DNA of 64,000 bases from contig NIVC01001095.1 in the NCBI GenBank assembly GCA_002269645.1, forward strand, positions 124,001 through 188,000, written 5' to 3'. The position numbers and the translations under genes were made by a program. This document shows positions 60,001 to 64,000 of the stretch, one piece after another. How positions within the stretch are numbered: the first letter of the stretch is position 1; each line of letters starts with the position of its first letter. Under the pieces are notes generated by a model that saw nothing but the letters and a program-made list of their open reading frames with translations, ran no database searches and was not told where the DNA came from. Source of the stretch: Macrostomum lignano. Taxonomy: Eukaryota.

Positions 60001-63000
60001 GGTATTCAAACAGGTATTAAGACCTATTAACTTAAGAATCAGTTTTCAAAACTAATTTAGTTGCACAGTGCATCCATAGTGCTGTTTTTAGACACCAAAA
60101 TTGAGTCTCTAGGCCTTGCCAATGCAGAGTTATTAGCAAAAGTATGCTCAAAATTTGCCCAAAAATAGCCTTCTCAAAATTCGGAGCCAATTTTCTCAAA
60201 AATACGAATTTTCCAGCCATATTGGCGTATGACCGGTGTAACTTCATCTATTCGACTAAACAATATTGAAAATGCAGAAAAATCGGTGCGCAAAATTTCT
60301 TATTTTTCCACTTCAAAGTTTGTACCCCAAAATGGGCCGTTTTTCACTTAACAGGTAAAAAGTACCTGTTAACAGGGGTTTTTTCAGGAGTGTCTTATGT
60401 CATTCAAAAGGGCATCCGATGGGCTACAATTTGACGCCATACTCGAAAAACTTTGCCCCATTTTAAAAAAATTTCCTTAACAACGTCTGATTTTCTGCAG
60501 TGCCCCCCGGCCTCTTTTTTCCCTGGTTTTCGGGTCACTGCTCAGCACAGGTAGGTCCAAATGCTTAGAAAATTTAGGAAAACAAATTTCCATATGTTTG
60601 ACACATCGTGTTAAAGTCTCACCACTGTAGCATAAAACACTTTTTCAAGTTTGAGGACTACTTTTTTAAAACGTGACCCAATTTTTTGAAAATGTCGTTT
60701 TTAGGCACTCTTTGGCACCTGGGCAGGTTATTGATGGCCCAATAAGCCAAATCTCGATGTTTCCGAATAGAAGACATCTATTTGAGTAATTTGGTGTAGA
60801 AATATTAAAAAATAAAGTTTTTAATCTCGACGAGATAGGCCTCACAAAAGTGCACTAAAAATTTGTACTTTTAAAGTGCAGATAGGCAGCCATGTGAAAA
60901 GTACATTTTAGCCCTAAAAACTATAGCGCATCAAACAGCCCCAGGTGTTATTGACGCTATGAGGCAGCTCAAAGGCCGCGCTATCGCGCGTCCTTTTCGC
61001 TGCGGTGAGGCAAAGTTGGAAAAAATGCCAATTTTTCGACCTCAAAAAACACGTTTTTTGTACTTTTAGCCTAGACGTTAAAGTACAATAAAAAAATCCA
61101 TTTCTGATCATTGTAGCGTTCGAATGCCCGCGTTTACTGAGCCAGCCCGCTAAGCGCTGCCATATTCTCAATCCTTATTTTTTGAGATCAAAGTTTTTGA
61201 CAAAGTCGAAAAAACGCAGTTTTTGGTTGCCATGGCAACCAAAACGCATTGCCATGGCAACCAACTATTGTGCATCCGATAGCGCTAGGTCTTTGACACA
61301 TTTTGGCAAAAACCGTTTGTAAATTGGTCGTACCGTTTTTTATTGGCAGCGTTTAAAAGTTGAAAAACGTCATTTTTAGTGTGTGCAACCACGTTACATC
61401 TTATCAGGGACGATTTCGCAAAAGTAAGCACCATAGAAAAAAATTCTCGCTTCGCTCGCCTTTTTTTTCTATACTACTTACTGGCTCATCGTCCCACAAC
61501 TAGAATCTAACACAGCCATCCGAACGCAATCAGTCGTAGGCCCGTAGCGGTACAAACAGACTGACGCTGGGCCAATGGGATCGCCAGTGTCCGAGTGACA
61601 CCTGTATGTCACCTTCAGACTGTCTGTACCCGTGGATGATAATCCTATTAGCATGCGTATTGTATCAGAGTTCTTATCATGGCACACAGCCAGTACACTG
61701 ACATTGTTGTCGTTGTTGAATTCTTCTAACGGCCATCGAGTTTGAGGCAGATGACATGCTTCTGCAAGGATGCAGATAAGTGATAGTATTATGCATAGCT
61801 GACGGTTTAGATCCCCCATTTTCTATTCAGACCCCCCATTTTTCTATTCAGATCCCCTCTTTTTCTATTCAGATCCCCCATTTTCTATTCAGATCCCCCA
61901 TTTTCTATTCAGATCCCCCATTTTTCTATTCAGATCTCCTCCTTTTTTATTCAGATCCCCTCCTTTTCTATTCAGATCCCCCATTTTCTATTCAGATCCC
62001 CTCCTTTTCTATTCAGATCCCCTCCTTTTCTATTCAGATCCCCCATTTTCTATTCAGATCCCCCATTTTCTATTCAGATCCCCCATTTTCTATTCAGATC
62101 CCCCATTTTTCTATTCAGATCTCCTCCTTTTTTATTCAGATCCCCTCCTTTTCTATTCAGATCCCCTCCTTTTCTATTCAGATCCCCTCCTTTTCTATTC
62201 AGATCCCCTCCTTTTCTATTCAGATCCCCTCCTTTTCTATTCAGATCCCCTCCTTTTCTATTCAGATCTCCTCCTTTTTTATTCAGATCCCCTCCTTTTC
62301 TATTCAGATCTCCTCCTTTTCTATTCAGATCCCCTCCTTTTCTATTCAGATCCCCTCCTTTTCTATTCAGATCCCCTCCTTTTCTATTCAGATCTCCTCC
62401 TTTTTTATTCAGATCCCCTCCTTTTCTATTCAGATCTCCTCCTTTTCTATTCAGATCCCCTCCTTTTCTATTCAGATCCCCTCCTTTTCTATTCAGATCC
62501 CCTCCTTTTCTATTCAGATCCCCTCTTTTTCTATTCAGATCCCCTCCTTTTCTATTCAGATCCCCCATTTTCTATTCAGATCCCTCCTTTTCTATTCAGA
62601 TCCCCCATTTTCTATTCAGATCCCCTCCTTTTCTATTCAGATCCCCTCCTTTTCTATTCAGATCCCTCCTTTTCTATTCAGATCCCCCATTTTCTATTCA
62701 GATCCCCTCCTTTTCTATTCAGATCCCCCATTTTCTTTTCAGATCCCCTCCTTTTCTATTCAGATCCCCCATTTTCTATTCAGATTCCCTCGGTTTCTAT
62801 TCAGATTCCCTCAGTTTCTATTCAGATCCCCTCAGTTTCTATTCAGATTCCCTCAGTTTCTATTCAGATCCCCTCAGTTTCTATTCAGATTCCCTCAGTT
62901 TCTATTCAGATCCCCTCAGTTTCTATTTAGATCCCCTCACTTTCTATTCAGATCCTCTCGGTTTCTATTTAGATCCCCTCACTTTCTATTCAGATCCCCT

Positions 63001-63387
63001 CATTCAGCAACAAACTTTGCACTCGAATCAGATAGGGATGAAACTCGACCAGCTGTTCAGCGTAGCGATAAAGAATCCTCAATTGAGACACATTCCTGGA
63101 GTAAATTGGCCAATAAGTCGGCAGCTTTGCCGCCTTTTGATCAGTTAATTGAAGCAGTGAAATACCGTCTTGAATCAGCTTAAAATAGCTGCCATAATTG
63201 GGCAGAATGGTCGCCTTCAAACGCATATCGAGTATCGTTAAAAGTACAGCAACTGACGGCGATTCAGAAACGCTCAGTTGACCGTCGCACGATTCGTTTA
63301 ATTCGGTTGGAGACGGAGCGGCTTCGATCAGCTGATCGAGTCTTGACAAAGTCAGTTGTTGGTTGCAGAGTCTGTAGCGACCCGAGC
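48059..63387 (-). CDS. Type I membrane protein with CUB-like ectodomain (3' part); exons 63387-63016, 61761-61482, [unresolved], 53780-53723, 50885-50799, 49481-49394 (TM), 48410-48059
   Basis: The 372-nt phase 1-1 exon has CUB-like features ('C...LSV...VLLTILDMRL', 'IYSRNVSQLRILY'). It is followed by a Cys-containing exon, an S/T-rich stalk, a hydrophobic TM 'SLIVLLLVGVGCFLLL' with basic stop-transfer 'RWRYNKRDRK', and a tail ending TGA at 48059-48061. The phase between 61482 (2) and 53780 (0) does not match, so at least one exon is missing or miscalled. Confidence 0.65.
48465..49335. repeat. 19-bp minisatellite (ACCTAGACTGTCACTCTTC)n in the last intron of the CUB-like gene
   Basis: About 45 copies, diverged at both ends. 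Confidence 0.95.
50165..50765. repeat. 33-bp purine-rich minisatellite (GAGAGGGAGGGAGAGAAGCAGAGGGCAGATGGT)n
   Basis: About 15 copies plus a GA-rich lead-in; intronic. Confidence 0.93.
51250..52500. repeat. 20-21-bp CT-rich minisatellites (CTCACTCCTTATCTCAAACTC / CTACCTCCTTATCTCCCCTT) interrupted by a unique ~170-bp island
   Basis: Read directly; block 51260-51490 is echoed at 51720-51920. Confidence 0.92.
53185..53660. repeat. 28-bp minisatellite (CCTCAGTTGCTGGGCCAGCCTCCCAGAT)n
   Basis: About 16 copies; ORFs cycle through three frames, as expected for a 28-mer. Confidence 0.95.
53870..59085. repeat. ~51-52-bp satellite (GGGGGGCTGGCCGCCCCCACGCCCCTGGCATTAGTTAGTCTAGTGGTATAGT)n with ~1.54-kb higher-order repeat
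   Basis: About 100 copies; rare variants recur at 55301/56841/58369 and 55433/56970. Confidence 0.98.
59086..59400. repeat. ~89-bp tandem repeat (3 copies) sharing the GGGGCTGCCGCCCCC hairpin with the 51-bp satellite
   Basis: Read directly. Confidence 0.92.
59679..59753 (-). pseudogene. Degenerate tRNA-like / SINE-head sequence with B-box and downstream T8
   Basis: Minus strand reads ...GATGGATCGGGGCCGAAGGC...GGGTTCGAATCCC AAGTGGGCCA then AG and TTTTTTTT. The B-box is intact, but acceptor and anticodon stems do not pair, so it is not a functional tRNA. Confidence 0.4.
61808..63003. repeat. 21-bp minisatellite (TTTTCTATTCAGATCCCCTCC)n filling a CUB-like gene intron
   Basis: About 57 copies; source of the spurious 467-aa + strand ORF. 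Confidence 0.97.
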
Positions 63388-63469
63388 CTGAGATGGTTGG
63401 GGATTATTTAAAAGGGGAAGTTTGGGAATTACTTACATGCGATAAGTAAGGGAAATTTTTATGCGTTCT

Positions 63470-64000
63470 TTGGAGGATAATTTGGGTGGGATCTCTCTAA
63501 GGGGATAATTTCGTTGGGATGTCTCTGAGGTAAAAATTTAGGTGGGATCTCTTTGTGGGATCATTTGAGTGGGATCTCTGTGTGGGATCATTTGGATGGG
63601 ATCTCTCTGTGGGATCTCTTTGTGGGGATCATTTGGGTGGATTCCTCTGTGGGATAATTTCGGTGGGATGTCTCGAAGGGGATAATTTAGGTGGGATCTC
63701 TGTGTGGGATCATTTGGATGGGATCTCTCTGTAAGATAACTTGGGTGGGATCTCTGGGTTGGGATAAGTTCGGTGAGATCTCTCTAAGGGGATAGCTTCG
63801 GTGGGATCTCTCCAAAGGGATAATTTGATTGGGATCTCTTTGGGGATATCTCAATGGAATTTCTGACTGGTGATAATTTCGGTGGGATCTCTGTGTGGGG
63901 ATAATTTAGTTGGACTCACTGTAGGGATAATTTTGTTGGGATCTCTGTGTGGGGATAATTTAGTTGAACTCACTGTAGGGATAATTTTGTTGGGATCTCT
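63470..64000. repeat. Degenerate GGGATCTCT/GGGATAATTT repeat, running off the window
   Basis: Recurrent cores at ~20-40-bp spacing. Confidence 0.8.

Larger units (their letters stand above)
59086..61472. mobile_element. Putative non-autonomous interspersed element (class uncertain; possibly Helitron/Helentron-related)
   Basis: Non-coding, palindrome-rich segment: TTTTAGCATGCTAAAA at 59430-59445, a 24-bp palindrome at 61221-61244, and an 11-bp stem ATAGAAAAAAA/TTTTTTTCTAT at 61433-61472 around TTCTCGCTTCGCTCGCC. It also has a tRNA-like segment and shares a hairpin with the adjacent satellite. No transposase ORF; interspersion is not testable here. Confidence 0.35.

Noticed and set aside
61780-63183. 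467-aa + strand ORF
   Set aside because: 21-bp array antisense to the CUB-like gene intron and exon.

Overview
Eukaryotic (animal) genomic DNA, not prokaryotic: short GC-rich exons with poly-Ala/Gln/Pro/Gly runs sit between AT-rich spacers and introns filled with about 35 different tandem-repeat arrays. The style resembles the flatworm Macrostomum lignano, but that identification is only inference. I assembled six spliced protein-coding genes by hand using GT-AG sites and phase continuity. On the + strand is the 3' part of CFAP70/TTC18 (352-4612). On the - strand are a Ser/Arg/Pro-rich orphan (~8513-6159), an ankyrin-repeat gene (14242-9157), a PDZ-like orphan (18628-15671), FoxD (35607-31122, intron inside the forkhead domain, eh1 motif), and the 3' part of a type I membrane protein with a CUB-like domain and a Tyr-motif tail (63387-48059). 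Most long ORFs in the supplied track are artefacts of stop-free repeats. The most notable non-genic structures are: a 5.2-kb satellite whose monomer resembles a Helitron 3' end, beside a palindrome-rich putative element carrying a tRNA-like segment; a three-gene same-strand cluster that could be a trans-spliced operon; one 16-bp family forming inverted arrays on either side of FoxD; and arrays that multiply perfect ARE/AP-1 or E-box motifs. No clearly new biological system is demonstrated; these are leads.
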